Assembly (NCBI RefSeq): GCF_051097895.1
Contig: NZ_CP142525.1
Span: 1,260,001 to 1,292,000, forward strand
DNA: 32,000 bases
Direction: 5' to 3'
Origin: Psychrobacter sp. HD31
Lineage (GTDB): Bacteria; Pseudomonadota; Gammaproteobacteria; Pseudomonadales; Moraxellaceae
Shown: positions 22,041 to 30,580 of the stretch, one piece after another
How positions within the stretch are numbered: position 1 is the first letter of the stretch
Layout of the letters: each line of letters opens with the position of its first letter
Notes under the pieces: model-generated
The model's database searches: none
What the model saw: the letters and a program-made list of their open reading frames with translations, nothing else
What the model was told of the DNA's origin: nothing
Position numbers and translations under genes: made by a program

Positions 22041-22486
22041 CGATTTAACAAATCAATAGGATTATGCCCAAGCATCACCGCTATGAGACCAACCAAATTA
22101 ATTAACACCGTCAAGTAATACACGACTCTAAACTCTGCTTTTTTAGTTTTGTGGCGCAAATAAGTTTGCCCAAGCATAGCCCCTACCCAGCCACCTGTAA
22201 CCGCAAGCAAGTGCAGGCTTTTTTCTGGCACACGCCATTGCCTAGCTTTAGCCGCTTGTTTGTCTTTCGCATAAACTAAAAAAGTTACCACATTAATAAT
22301 GGCATACCAACCTACCACCCAAAATGGAATGGTTGCCGTAACCGCCAATATGATAAGTACTACTAAAAAACCACCTGCCATAAACAAGTTTTTGCGTTTA
22401 GTACTATTAATGTCGCTACGTTTATATCGGTGATTTTTCTTTTTTGTCAGATTTTTTGTCTGGTTTTTTGTTTTGCGTCTTGCCAC
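22031..22486 (-). CDS. DUF1294-family small membrane protein
   Basis: Contains the family signature YAKDKQAAKARQWRVPEKSLHLLAVTGGWVGAMLGQTYLRHKTKKAEF flanked by hydrophobic helices. The start is uncertain: GTG at 22486 gives a 35-aa Lys/Arg-rich N-terminus, and ATG at 22381 gives a 116-aa protein. Neither has a good Shine-Dalgarno. Confidence 0.7.
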   Translation of the reverse strand: MARRKTKNQTKNLTKKKNHRYKRSDINSTKRKNLFMAGGFLVVLIILAVTATIPFWVVGWYAIINVVTFLVYAKDKQAAKARQWRVPEKSLHLLAVTGGWVGAMLGQTYLRHKTKKAEFRVVYYLTVLINLVGLIAVMLGHNPIDLLNRLM

Positions 22487-22759
22487 AATGCGCTCGTTTT
22501 TAATTTAGTTAATTCAATATAAAAAAAGACTGCTTATCAAGCAATCTTTTAAAAAAATATCCAAAAGCCGACATTTCGTTCTGTTTTTTAACACTTTGAG
22601 CTTTTTTCTAACTTTTCAGTATTGCTATCATATACAAAGTATAACACTTCTCTGTCATTATAATCATAAATCGAGACAGCATGTTTTAAACCGAAAAAAT
22701 TAAATAATTATCAATATACTTATTCTTATCAATACAATTAAACTTGATTCATTATACGT

Positions 22760-22773
22760 TATGTTATAACATA
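22760..22773 (+). promoter_or_regulatory. Zur-box-like perfect palindrome upstream of the zinc transporter operon
   Basis: TATGTTATAACATA is a perfect 14-bp inverted repeat built on TGTTAT/ATAACA half-sites. It lies 75 nt upstream of the znuA-like ATG and overlaps a possible TTGATT (22744-22749) / TATAAC (22765-22770) promoter. Confidence 0.5.
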
Positions 22774-22847
22774 TTTTAACTTAAGAACATGATTTTAAAT
22801 AAAATATCATTAAGGTTGGTTTAAATTACTATTAACTAGGAAATAAT

Positions 22848-23858
22848 ATGACTAAAAAAAACAAACTTATTTTTGGAGTAATATCACTCATTTCTTTAAC
22901 AGTATTGGCTTGGTTTTTCATCCAACCGTTGGCTCCTCATACTGCAAATACTGATACAGAAAATGTAAACGACAACGCTAAATTAACTGTTTTTACGAGC
23001 ATCTTGCCTCAAACCTATTTTGTTGAACAAATTGGTGGTGACAGAGTTAGTGTTGAATCTATAGTGACACCTGGAAGTAGCCCTAGAACATATGAACCAA
23101 CGCCAAAACAAATGGCAGATTTAAACACAGCCGACATATTTTTTAGCATCGGTGTTTCTTTTGAAAAAGCTCTTTTACCCAAAATTACTAGCAGTATGCC
23201 CAACTTAACAATTGTAAACACACGTGACGGTATAAATTTAAGAAGTATGAAAAGTCATACGCATGCAGAAGATAAAGAGCATAAACACCACCATACAGCT
23301 AAAGGTGAAAACGAGCTGCATGATAAACAGCACAATAAAGTACATCACCACACTGGTAAAGACCCTCATATATGGATGAGCCCTAAACTGGTTAAAATAC
23401 AAGCAAAAACCATTGCAAACGCTTTAATTGAAGCAGATCCAGAGGGTGAAGATATCTACAATAGAAATTTAAATAGTTTTATTGCTGATCTTGATGCCCT
23501 AGACGTACGTATGGCAGAAGCATTAGCACCTGTTAAAGGTAAGACATTTATGGTGTTTCATCCAGCATTTGGCTATTTAGCAGACGATTACGGCCTAATA
23601 CAAGAGCCTATAGAAGTTGAAGGTAAAAACCCAAGCGGTCAACAACTTGCAAGGATGATAGATTTAGCTAAACAACAAAATGTACAAGTTATTTTCGTAC
23701 AAGCTCAATTTGATACTAAATCTGCAAAACATATTGCAGAAGAAATTGAAGGTGTAGTGATGCCTATAAATCCATTATCTTCTGATTACATCAACAATAT
23801 GGATAAAATTGCCAATACCATCCAACAAGGATTAAAAAGTCAAAGTGACCTGAAATGA
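22848..23858 (+). CDS. znuA: Cluster A-I (ZnuA/TroA-like) metal ABC transporter substrate-binding protein with a His-rich loop
   Basis: 336 aa with an N-terminal signal/anchor helix, family motifs DPHIWMSP and FMVFHPAFGYL, and a ZnuA-type His-rich insertion (SHTHAEDKEHKHHHTAKGENELHDKQHNKVHHHTG). It is first in an operon with a matching ATPase and permease. Confidence 0.7.
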   Translation: MTKKNKLIFGVISLISLTVLAWFFIQPLAPHTANTDTENVNDNAKLTVFTSILPQTYFVEQIGGDRVSVESIVTPGSSPRTYEPTPKQMADLNTADIFFSIGVSFEKALLPKITSSMPNLTIVNTRDGINLRSMKSHTHAEDKEHKHHHTAKGENELHDKQHNKVHHHTGKDPHIWMSPKLVKIQAKTIANALIEADPEGEDIYNRNLNSFIADLDALDVRMAEALAPVKGKTFMVFHPAFGYLADDYGLIQEPIEVEGKNPSGQQLARMIDLAKQQNVQVIFVQAQFDTKSAKHIAEEIEGVVMPINPLSSDYINNMDKIANTIQQGLKSQSDLK

Positions 23859-24646
23859 TGCAAGCCCAAGCTGCTAAATTTGCCATGAGTTTTCACGATG
23901 TTTGTTTTGCCTATCAAGACCAAGAGGTTTTGCACGGATTGACCTTTAACATTGCCGAAAGAAGCATGCTGGCTATTGTTGGTCCAAATGGTGGTGGCAA
24001 AACCACTTTTGTTAAGCTTGCTTTAGGTCTATTAAAACCAACACGTGGTCATATTCATATTTTTGGAAAAACACCACACGAGCAAAGTCAAAATATTGGT
24101 TATGTACCACAATATTTTGACTTTGATGCAACCTTTCCCGTAACAGCAATTGATGTGGTGTTAATGGGCAGGGTTGAGCGTAACCTGTTTGGACCATTTA
24201 AATCAAAAGATAAAGCTTTAGCTATCGAGGCACTAGAAAAAGTTAGCCTTAGTCATCTTAAAAACCGCCCAATTGCAAATTTATCGGGTGGTGAAAGACA
24301 ACGTGTATTAATTGCTCAAGCTTTGGTAACTAATCCCAAAATGCTAATTTTAGACGAGCCCACTGCTAATGTAGATACTAAAGTAGAACAACAAATTTAC
24401 GATTTACTTTGTAAGCTAAGCAAAACGATGACTATTTTAGTGGTATCACACAACTTAAACGTGGTTACTCGCCATGCAACACATGTCGCCTGTATCAACC
24501 GAACTGCCTCTATTTCTTCTATCACCAATTTTAATAAAGATGATTTGCAAGCTTTACATAGGGGCGACATGACATTTTTGCATCACAAAAAAGATTGCCA
24601 TGTTATAGACCCCACTGATGCAATAGAAGCTTCTCACAATCATTAG
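23855..24646 (+). CDS. znuC: Metal (zinc) ABC transporter ATP-binding protein
   Basis: Walker A GPNGGGKTT, signature LSGGERQRV, Walker B LILDEPTANVD. The ATG overlaps the upstream stop (ATGA). The C-terminus is His/Cys-rich. Confidence 0.8.
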   Translation: MMQAQAAKFAMSFHDVCFAYQDQEVLHGLTFNIAERSMLAIVGPNGGGKTTFVKLALGLLKPTRGHIHIFGKTPHEQSQNIGYVPQYFDFDATFPVTAIDVVLMGRVERNLFGPFKSKDKALAIEALEKVSLSHLKNRPIANLSGGERQRVLIAQALVTNPKMLILDEPTANVDTKVEQQIYDLLCKLSKTMTILVVSHNLNVVTRHATHVACINRTASISSITNFNKDDLQALHRGDMTFLHHKKDCHVIDPTDAIEASHNH

Positions 24647-24696
24647 TATGCTTATTTAAATATCTATTTTATTTAAGATATTCACAAGGATTTTAT

Positions 24697-25569
24697 ATGC
24701 TATTTTGGGAGCATTTATTACACCACCAGTTTTTACAGTTTGCTCTAATTGGCGGCTTTCTCGCTTCTATCGCCTGTGGGGTAATAGGCAGCTTTGTTGT
24801 GGTTCAACGTGCCACATATGTAGCTGGTGCAATTTCTCACTGTGTTTTGGGAGGCATGGGAGCTGCCCATTATTTACATAGAGTACACGAAATAACTTGG
24901 CTTACACCTTTAATTGGTGCAACTTTTTCGGCAATTTTAGCGGCCTTAATCATATCTGCTATTAGCATTTGGGGTAACCAGCGCCAAGATACGATACTAT
25001 CTGCTATTTGGGCAGTTGGTATGGCGGTAGGCATTAGTTTTATTACTGCCACCCCTGGATATTATGAAGATTTAATGAGCTATTTGTTTGGCAATATTCT
25101 GATGATTGGCAAAACTGATATTATTCATATGATATTATTAGATGTCTTTATACTATTGGTGATTTTGCTTTTTTACAATAAATTTTTAGTGGTTAGTTTT
25201 CAGCCACAATTAGCAAGGTTGAGGGGAGTAAGAGTTGAGCTGTACCAAACTCTATTACTAATTCTTATTTCTTTAACGGTTGTACTGTTAACACAAGTTG
25301 TTGGTCTAATTCTAGTCATTGCTTTAATTACTCTGCCAGCAGCAACCTCATTGCAGTTCAGCAATAGATTATGGACGGCAATGATATTGGCAACTTTTTT
25401 ATGTTTTGGATTTATCAGTAGTGGCATTGCAATCAGCTACGTACCAGAGCTACCAGCTGGAGCAACGATTATACAGGTAGCAGGTACAACTTTTTTACTC
25501 GTCATGCTTGCAAAGTGGCTATTAACTTTAAAATCTAAGAAACAGGCAATAAAGAACTTTGAAAACTAG
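24697..25569 (+). CDS. znuB: Metal (zinc) ABC transporter permease (ABC-3 family)
   Basis: 290 aa polytopic protein of ZnuB/MntB/TroC type, last gene of the three-gene operon. AAGGA Shine-Dalgarno. Confidence 0.8.
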   Translation: MLFWEHLLHHQFLQFALIGGFLASIACGVIGSFVVVQRATYVAGAISHCVLGGMGAAHYLHRVHEITWLTPLIGATFSAILAALIISAISIWGNQRQDTILSAIWAVGMAVGISFITATPGYYEDLMSYLFGNILMIGKTDIIHMILLDVFILLVILLFYNKFLVVSFQPQLARLRGVRVELYQTLLLILISLTVVLLTQVVGLILVIALITLPAATSLQFSNRLWTAMILATFLCFGFISSGIAISYVPELPAGATIIQVAGTTFLLVMLAKWLLTLKSKKQAIKNFEN

Positions 25570-25644
25570 TTATTTATTTCCGTGATACCTGATTATAAGT
25601 ATGATAGTCAATGTTTACGTTTACAATATTGTAAATTGCTAAAC

Positions 25645-26685
25645 TTATTCTTTAGACGTAGCTTTCTCTTCATTCGCTATTTTAATGGCTGGTGCAAATG
25701 TCGCTTGGGTTGTACCAATGATTTGTTCTATTAAAATGCTGTTGTAATGCATACCTGCTGCAACGGCGGAAAAATTAACCAGCCTTTTTAGCCAAACTAC
25801 ATTACTAGCATTTAATAGCTCATCAATATTTAAGTCAAACTTTTGTACCAAGCTATCCACATGGTTGGCATATTCGTTTACTTTTTCTGACTCAACGCCT
25901 GTACCTGCCACCCTGTCTTTTATTTGTTGTTTTAACGCATCTTTTGTATCATCATTTGTCGTTTTTCTAGCTGTATAATTGGCATTATTAACAAAAGTTG
26001 ATAACACACCAAGAGATACCAAAACAGCTTGTTTTGGCTGCATTTGACTTAAGTCACTACTGGCAATAACACTGTATGCTGTTTTAATGCCTTGCTTGCC
26101 AGTTAAAGGTTTACCATAAACAGCTGATAACTGATAAACCAAACGCAGTGATACCAATAACAGCCACAAAGCATCAGCAAACATACCAGGTAACCCTGCT
26201 AAGCCTGTAACCCCGCCCATGGTTGCCAAAGCTCTATTTTGGTTAGCAATGTCCTTTACCATGGCATTACGCTCGTCATTGGTTAAATTAGCAAAATCGG
26301 CATGCTTACGCTCATTGGTTATTTCTATTTTGCTCCAAGCCTCCGCCATTGTTGCTAATTGTTCAAATACAGCATCCATGCCTTCATTTAACAAATCATT
26401 GGGTAATACTTTTTTTAGCAGTTGGCTATAGTTTACAAACCGACCACCAAACAAATGGGCAGAGTTTTTTAATGTGTGCTCTCGCAACGCATTTTGCATC
26501 ACGTCATTACCCTTTGATAAATCGGCAGGTTTATAATTAGTAGTTTGGTTGCGTTTGACGTTTATTGTGTCAAGCAACGCCCCTACACTCTCAAGTTGAT
26601 TGCGTGCGATACGGGTTAACAGTTTTAAAACGTCGCTACTGCTGGCTTGTTTATTATTGGTGTTTGATGATTTTTGCTGATCCAT
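25645..26685 (-). CDS. Hypothetical protein, EcsC-family-like
   Basis: 346 aa. The central Gly-rich amphipathic segment MGGVTGLAGLPGMFADALWLLLVSLRLVYQLSAVYG resembles, from memory, the EcsC (PF12787) core. The N-terminus is polar and low in complexity. GGGGAGAG Shine-Dalgarno and clean ATG. Confidence 0.45.
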   Translation of the reverse strand: MDQQKSSNTNNKQASSSDVLKLLTRIARNQLESVGALLDTINVKRNQTTNYKPADLSKGNDVMQNALREHTLKNSAHLFGGRFVNYSQLLKKVLPNDLLNEGMDAVFEQLATMAEAWSKIEITNERKHADFANLTNDERNAMVKDIANQNRALATMGGVTGLAGLPGMFADALWLLLVSLRLVYQLSAVYGKPLTGKQGIKTAYSVIASSDLSQMQPKQAVLVSLGVLSTFVNNANYTARKTTNDDTKDALKQQIKDRVAGTGVESEKVNEYANHVDSLVQKFDLNIDELLNASNVVWLKRLVNFSAVAAGMHYNSILIEQIIGTTQATFAPAIKIANEEKATSKE

Positions 26686-26854
26686 AACAATATAACTCTC
26701 CCCTTTAAAAACCTATCTAAAAGCACATAGGGTTTATAGTGTACTTAATTTATTTTTTTTAGTCAGTTTAAACTGTGTAATGGCCGTTTACGATAACCGC
26801 AAATCAAGCATTGGTATGCGCAATAAAAAAACACTCGTTCACTGTAAAATATTT

Positions 26855-26863
26855 TGTTACAAT
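26855..26863 (+). promoter_or_regulatory. Candidate extended -10 promoter for fabB
   Basis: TGTTACAAT (TGn plus TACAAT) lies 48 nt upstream of the fabB ATG. There is no good -35. Confidence 0.35.
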
Positions 26864-26910
26864 GTCCACCATACTAAACTAAATAATTTTAATTTAAAAA
26901 AGGGTATCTC

Positions 26911-28143
26911 ATGCGTCGAGTTGTAATTACAGGTGCTGGCATTGTCTCTTGCCTAGGCAACGATTTGAGTAAAGTTACTAACGCATTAAAAAATGGTCAA
27001 TCCGGTTTAACCTATAACGAGAGCTATCACGAACATGGCTTTAAAGCACAAGTCAGTGGTAGCATTGATTCGTCTAGCCTAGACACTTCTGTTATAGACC
27101 GTAAATTAAAACGCTTTTTTAGCGATGCCAGTTTGTTTGCTTATTTAAGTGCACTTGATGCCGTTAAGCAATCTGGTTTAAGTTTAGATGAAATCGCTCA
27201 TAACCCTCGTGTAGGTATTGTTGCAGGTTCTGGCGGGGCATCCACCAGCGATGTGGTGACTGCGGTAGATGCAATGAAAGACAAAGGCTTGCGTGGCGTT
27301 GGCGCAATGGCTGTACCAAAAACTATGAGCAGTACCGTATCAGCAGCTTTGGCAACCGGCTTTAAAATCAATGGTGTTTCATACTCCATTTCATCTGCCT
27401 GTGCGACCTCAACTCATTGTATTGGCAACGCAATGGAGTTGATTCAGCTTGGTAAAGCAGATGTTATTTTAGCCGGTGGCGGTGAAAGCGAACATTGGAC
27501 ACAATCTTGCATGTTTGATGCCATGGGCGCAATGAGCACAAGTTACAACGATACGCCACAAACCGCTTCTCGCCCATATGACAGCAGTCGAGATGGCTTT
27601 GTCATTGCAGGTGGTGGCGCGATGGTTGTGGTAGAAAGCTTAGAGCATGCTCAGGCACGTGGTGCAAATATTTTGGCAGAAATCGTTGGCTATGGTGCCA
27701 CATCAGATGGTGCACAAATGGTAGCACCAAGTGGTGAGGGCGCAATACGTTGCATGCAACAAGCCCTTGCACAGGCATCTGTCGATACGGTTGACTATAT
27801 TAATACGCACGGCACTAGCACCCCACTGGGTGATATCACCGAGCTTAATGCCATACAAGAGGTATTTAAAAACATCGGGGACGTACCGGCAATCAGCTCA
27901 ACAAAGTCCATGACTGGGCACAGCCTTGGTGCAGTCGGTGGTCAAGAGGTCATTTATTGCTTGTTAATGATGCAAAATGGTTTTATTGCGCCAAGCATTA
28001 ATATTAATGAGTTAGATGAAAAAGCAAAAGCGTTTGATATTGTACAAAACACTCGCCAAACAGAGCTAAACACAGTATTAACAAACAGCTTTGGTTTTGG
28101 TGGCACCAATGCGTGTTTGGTTCTTAAAAAGTTTAATGGCTAA
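26911..28143 (+). CDS. fabB: 3-oxoacyl-ACP synthase I (KAS I)
   Basis: 410 aa, colinear with E. coli FabB: [13 protein letters not shown], active-site [29 protein letters not shown] and SFGFGGTNA motifs. FabB-type rather than FabF-type spacing. Confidence 0.93.
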   Translation: MRRVVITGAGIVSCLGNDLSKVTNALKNGQSGLTYNESYHEHGFKAQVSGSIDSSSLDTSVIDRKLKRFFSDASLFAYLSALDAVKQSGLSLDEIAHNPRVGIVAGSGGASTSDVVTAVDAMKDKGLRGVGAMAVPKTMSSTVSAALATGFKINGVSYSISSACATSTHCIGNAMELIQLGKADVILAGGGESEHWTQSCMFDAMGAMSTSYNDTPQTASRPYDSSRDGFVIAGGGAMVVVESLEHAQARGANILAEIVGYGATSDGAQMVAPSGEGAIRCMQQALAQASVDTVDYINTHGTSTPLGDITELNAIQEVFKNIGDVPAISSTKSMTGHSLGAVGGQEVIYCLLMMQNGFIAPSININELDEKAKAFDIVQNTRQTELNTVLTNSFGFGGTNACLVLKKFNG

Positions 28144-28194
28144 CTTTATTTAACCTAGTTTTATCATAGCTTGATTACCCCATGTTTTGTTATA

Positions 28195-28228
28195 ATCGGC
28201 AGTTTATCATCACTGCCGATTTTTGTTT
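28195..28228 (+). terminator. Rho-independent terminator after fabB
   Basis: ATCGGCAGT (28195-28203) / ACTGCCGAT (28212-28220) 9-bp stem, 8-nt loop, followed by TTTTGTTT. Confidence 0.7.
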
Positions 28229-28241
28229 ATTGACATCACTT

Positions 28242-29810
28242 ATGCCAACTTCAACACCTTTAGTTAAAACACCAAATGCTTTGCCCTGCCCTTTTTTTGA
28301 CGCGCTCAGCCCAAGTCAATTAACTAAATTATTGGCAAGTGATGACGCTGCCCAAACCATATGGCTGCATAATGGCATCAATAAACAGGATAACAAATCA
28401 ACAAACTATCAAACCGATGCGGTTAACAACCAAGGTGTTATTGGTATATTCCCCAAAATTAGTTGGACGGTGTACCCAACTAACCAAGCAGATTATTTTT
28501 GCATGGTAGAAGCAACAAAAAAACATACCTCAAAAAGTCACGTGTCTTATAACGAGTTTTCTGATGTTCTCGTTAAGTATTGTGAACAACAAAATAAATT
28601 AGCCTCACAACACCCTCTAACAAAAGTTCAGCAGCAGCCTAATTACTATAATGGTTTAATGGGTTTTATTGGTTATGATATGTCTGCCCATGCACTAAGT
28701 CATGAAGTAGCAATCAAACCCGACCAACCTTGCGCCTTTTTTGGACATTACGATGTTTATTTAACTTGTACCGTTAATAAAGGTTGCTACCAATGGCAAC
28801 TAAATGCCGCCACACAAAACGCTTACCAAAAACAACAAACGGTTTTTAGTTGGCTATCACAGCTCACTATTTCTAAAGCTCATACCGCACCGCTTACATT
28901 ATCGCTCCAACCTGTTTGGCAATTATCTCACTATCAACATGCTTTTGCTAAAACACAAGACTATTTATATGCTGGTGACTGCTACCAAATTAATTTAACT
29001 CAGGCTTGGCAAGGCAAACTTGATACAAAAAACAAGCTGGCTGATTATCTACCTAACCTTCATACGCATACAAATGCACCGTTTGCAGGTTATCTGACAA
29101 CCAGGAGTTATGAGCAGTTTTCTAAATTTGAGTTGTTAAGCTGCTCTCCAGAGCTGTTTTTTACCTTTAATCAAGACAAAGATAACCAATACGAAATCAT
29201 TACCAAACCAATTAAAGGCACCCGCCCCCGTGGTAATACTCCATTAGAAGATGATTTGCTTAAAACTGAATTGGCTCATAGCGAAAAAGATACTGCAGAA
29301 AATGTAATGATTGTCGACTTGTTGCGAAACGACTTAGGAAAATACGCAAAAACTGGCAGCGTTAATGTGCCCACCCTTTTTGCAATAGAAAGCTATAGCA
29401 ATGTACATCACATGGTGAGCACCATCACAGCAAAGTTAAAAAATGATACCCACCCAATAAAAGTACTCTTTGGTAGTTTGCCAGCAGGCTCTATTACTGG
29501 CACACCCAAAAAACGGGCGGTAGAAATTATCCATGAGTTAGAAAATCAACCGATAGCGAACTTGAATGACAACTGTCACAACAATCAAAATTTGAGGGGT
29601 GCTTATTGCGGTACGATGGGTTACCTAAACTTTAACGGTAATGGACAATGGAATGTACTTATCCGTACGCTACAGTCCTGCAGCAATACGGTTAACCTAT
29701 GGGCAGGTGGTGGTATTACCATTGCTTCAGACTGTGATGCAGAATATCAAGAATGTTTTGATAAAGTCGGCAATATCGTCGATATATTAGCCAATCCAAC
29801 CAAACTCTAA
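28242..29810 (+). CDS. pabB: Aminodeoxychorismate synthase component I (PabB)
   Basis: Chorismate-binding enzyme with PabB-type motifs YAGDCYQINLTQ, SCSPELFF, PIKGTRPRG, ENVMIVDLLRNDLG, GSITGTPKKRA and GGGITIASD..EYQECFDK. The start is set at ATG 28242 because the tracked start (28182) would put the fabB terminator inside the CDS. Neither start has a Shine-Dalgarno. Confidence 0.8.
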   Translation: MPTSTPLVKTPNALPCPFFDALSPSQLTKLLASDDAAQTIWLHNGINKQDNKSTNYQTDAVNNQGVIGIFPKISWTVYPTNQADYFCMVEATKKHTSKSHVSYNEFSDVLVKYCEQQNKLASQHPLTKVQQQPNYYNGLMGFIGYDMSAHALSHEVAIKPDQPCAFFGHYDVYLTCTVNKGCYQWQLNAATQNAYQKQQTVFSWLSQLTISKAHTAPLTLSLQPVWQLSHYQHAFAKTQDYLYAGDCYQINLTQAWQGKLDTKNKLADYLPNLHTHTNAPFAGYLTTRSYEQFSKFELLSCSPELFFTFNQDKDNQYEIITKPIKGTRPRGNTPLEDDLLKTELAHSEKDTAENVMIVDLLRNDLGKYAKTGSVNVPTLFAIESYSNVHHMVSTITAKLKNDTHPIKVLFGSLPAGSITGTPKKRAVEIIHELENQPIANLNDNCHNNQNLRGAYCGTMGYLNFNGNGQWNVLIRTLQSCSNTVNLWAGGGITIASDCDAEYQECFDKVGNIVDILANPTKL

Positions 29811-30521
29811 CACTTTTGAAATAATCAGCTTTAACGCAATGAGGGTTAATAGCCAAGGCAACACCTTTTTAAGCCAAGGCATAGGGATAATGTGCCTTAG
29901 TCTTGTGCCAATAAGCGAGCCAACAATTGCCATCACTATCATCATTAGCATGAGTTTCCAATACTCACTAAAGGCAAACCCCAAGCTAAAATAGACTGGC
30001 AATTTTGCACCGTGTATCACACTCATCATAAGTGCGCCAACACTCACCACGGTATGGTTATCTTCATACTTTTTATTAAGCAATGCAATGGCTAATGGAC
30101 CTGGTGTACCAACAAAAAGCCCCAGCCCCATTTGTATAAAACCAACCAAATAAAAGTTTTCTAAACTCCGTAACCATTTATTAACTGTATCTGACCATTG
30201 GATAAGTAAAATATAAATACCAATAAATAACGGAATAAGCTCTAATTGAAAATAACGTACCGCCAAACCAAAAACAGCAATACCAAATAAAGACCCCACT
30301 AAAAAAGGTTTAAAATAGGTATAGTCTAACGATTCTCGTCCAAACCATGCTCGGCTGGCATTGCTTGCCAGCTGGCTTGCACCATGCACAGGCACAATGG
30401 CGACCGAAGGCAATAAGATTGGTAACAGCCCAATTAATATTGTGCCGCCACCCAAGCCCGTTATAGCCGTTAGCGCCGAGGTAAAAAGATTAATGAGTGA
30501 GAGGGTAACTTCATTTAGCAT
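29787..30521 (-). CDS. TauE/SafE-family anion (sulfite-type) exporter permease
   Basis: About 245 aa, polytopic and Gly-rich (TGLGGGTILIGLLP, GLGLFVGTPGPL), typical of PF01925. The ATG is at 30521, with an alternative GTG at 30530. The 3' end overlaps pabB convergently. Confidence 0.75.
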   Translation of the reverse strand: MLNEVTLSLINLFTSALTAITGLGGGTILIGLLPILLPSVAIVPVHGASQLASNASRAWFGRESLDYTYFKPFLVGSLFGIAVFGLAVRYFQLELIPLFIGIYILLIQWSDTVNKWLRSLENFYLVGFIQMGLGLFVGTPGPLAIALLNKKYEDNHTVVSVGALMMSVIHGAKLPVYFSLGFAFSEYWKLMLMMIVMAIVGSLIGTRLRHIIPMPWLKKVLPWLLTLIALKLIISKVLEFGWIG

Positions 30522-30550
30522 GGTTAACACTAGGGTTACTTATGATATAA

Positions 30551-30580
30551 AACAAAAAAGCTCGATGAATTATATCGAGC
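30551..30580 (-). terminator. Rho-independent terminator after purA
   Basis: Minus strand: GCTCGAT / ATCGAGC 7-bp stem (30560-30580), 7-nt loop, followed by UUUUUUGUUUU. Confidence 0.65.

Noticed and set aside
22530-22562. An imperfect hairpin, AAGACTGCTT/AAGCAATCTT, flanked by A and T runs in the DUF1294 / znuA divergent spacer. It looks like a bidirectional terminator.
   Set aside because: No gene or supported transcript runs into it from either side, and the stem has a central mismatch. It is probably fortuitous or a remnant.
22708-22734. Direct repeat TTATCAATA x2 (22708-22716, 22726-22734) and a loosely Fur-box-like AATAATTATCAATA upstream of the zinc operon.
   Set aside because: The 9-mers are made almost entirely of A/T in a very AT-rich spacer. 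The match to the Fur consensus is weak, so chance occurrence is likely.
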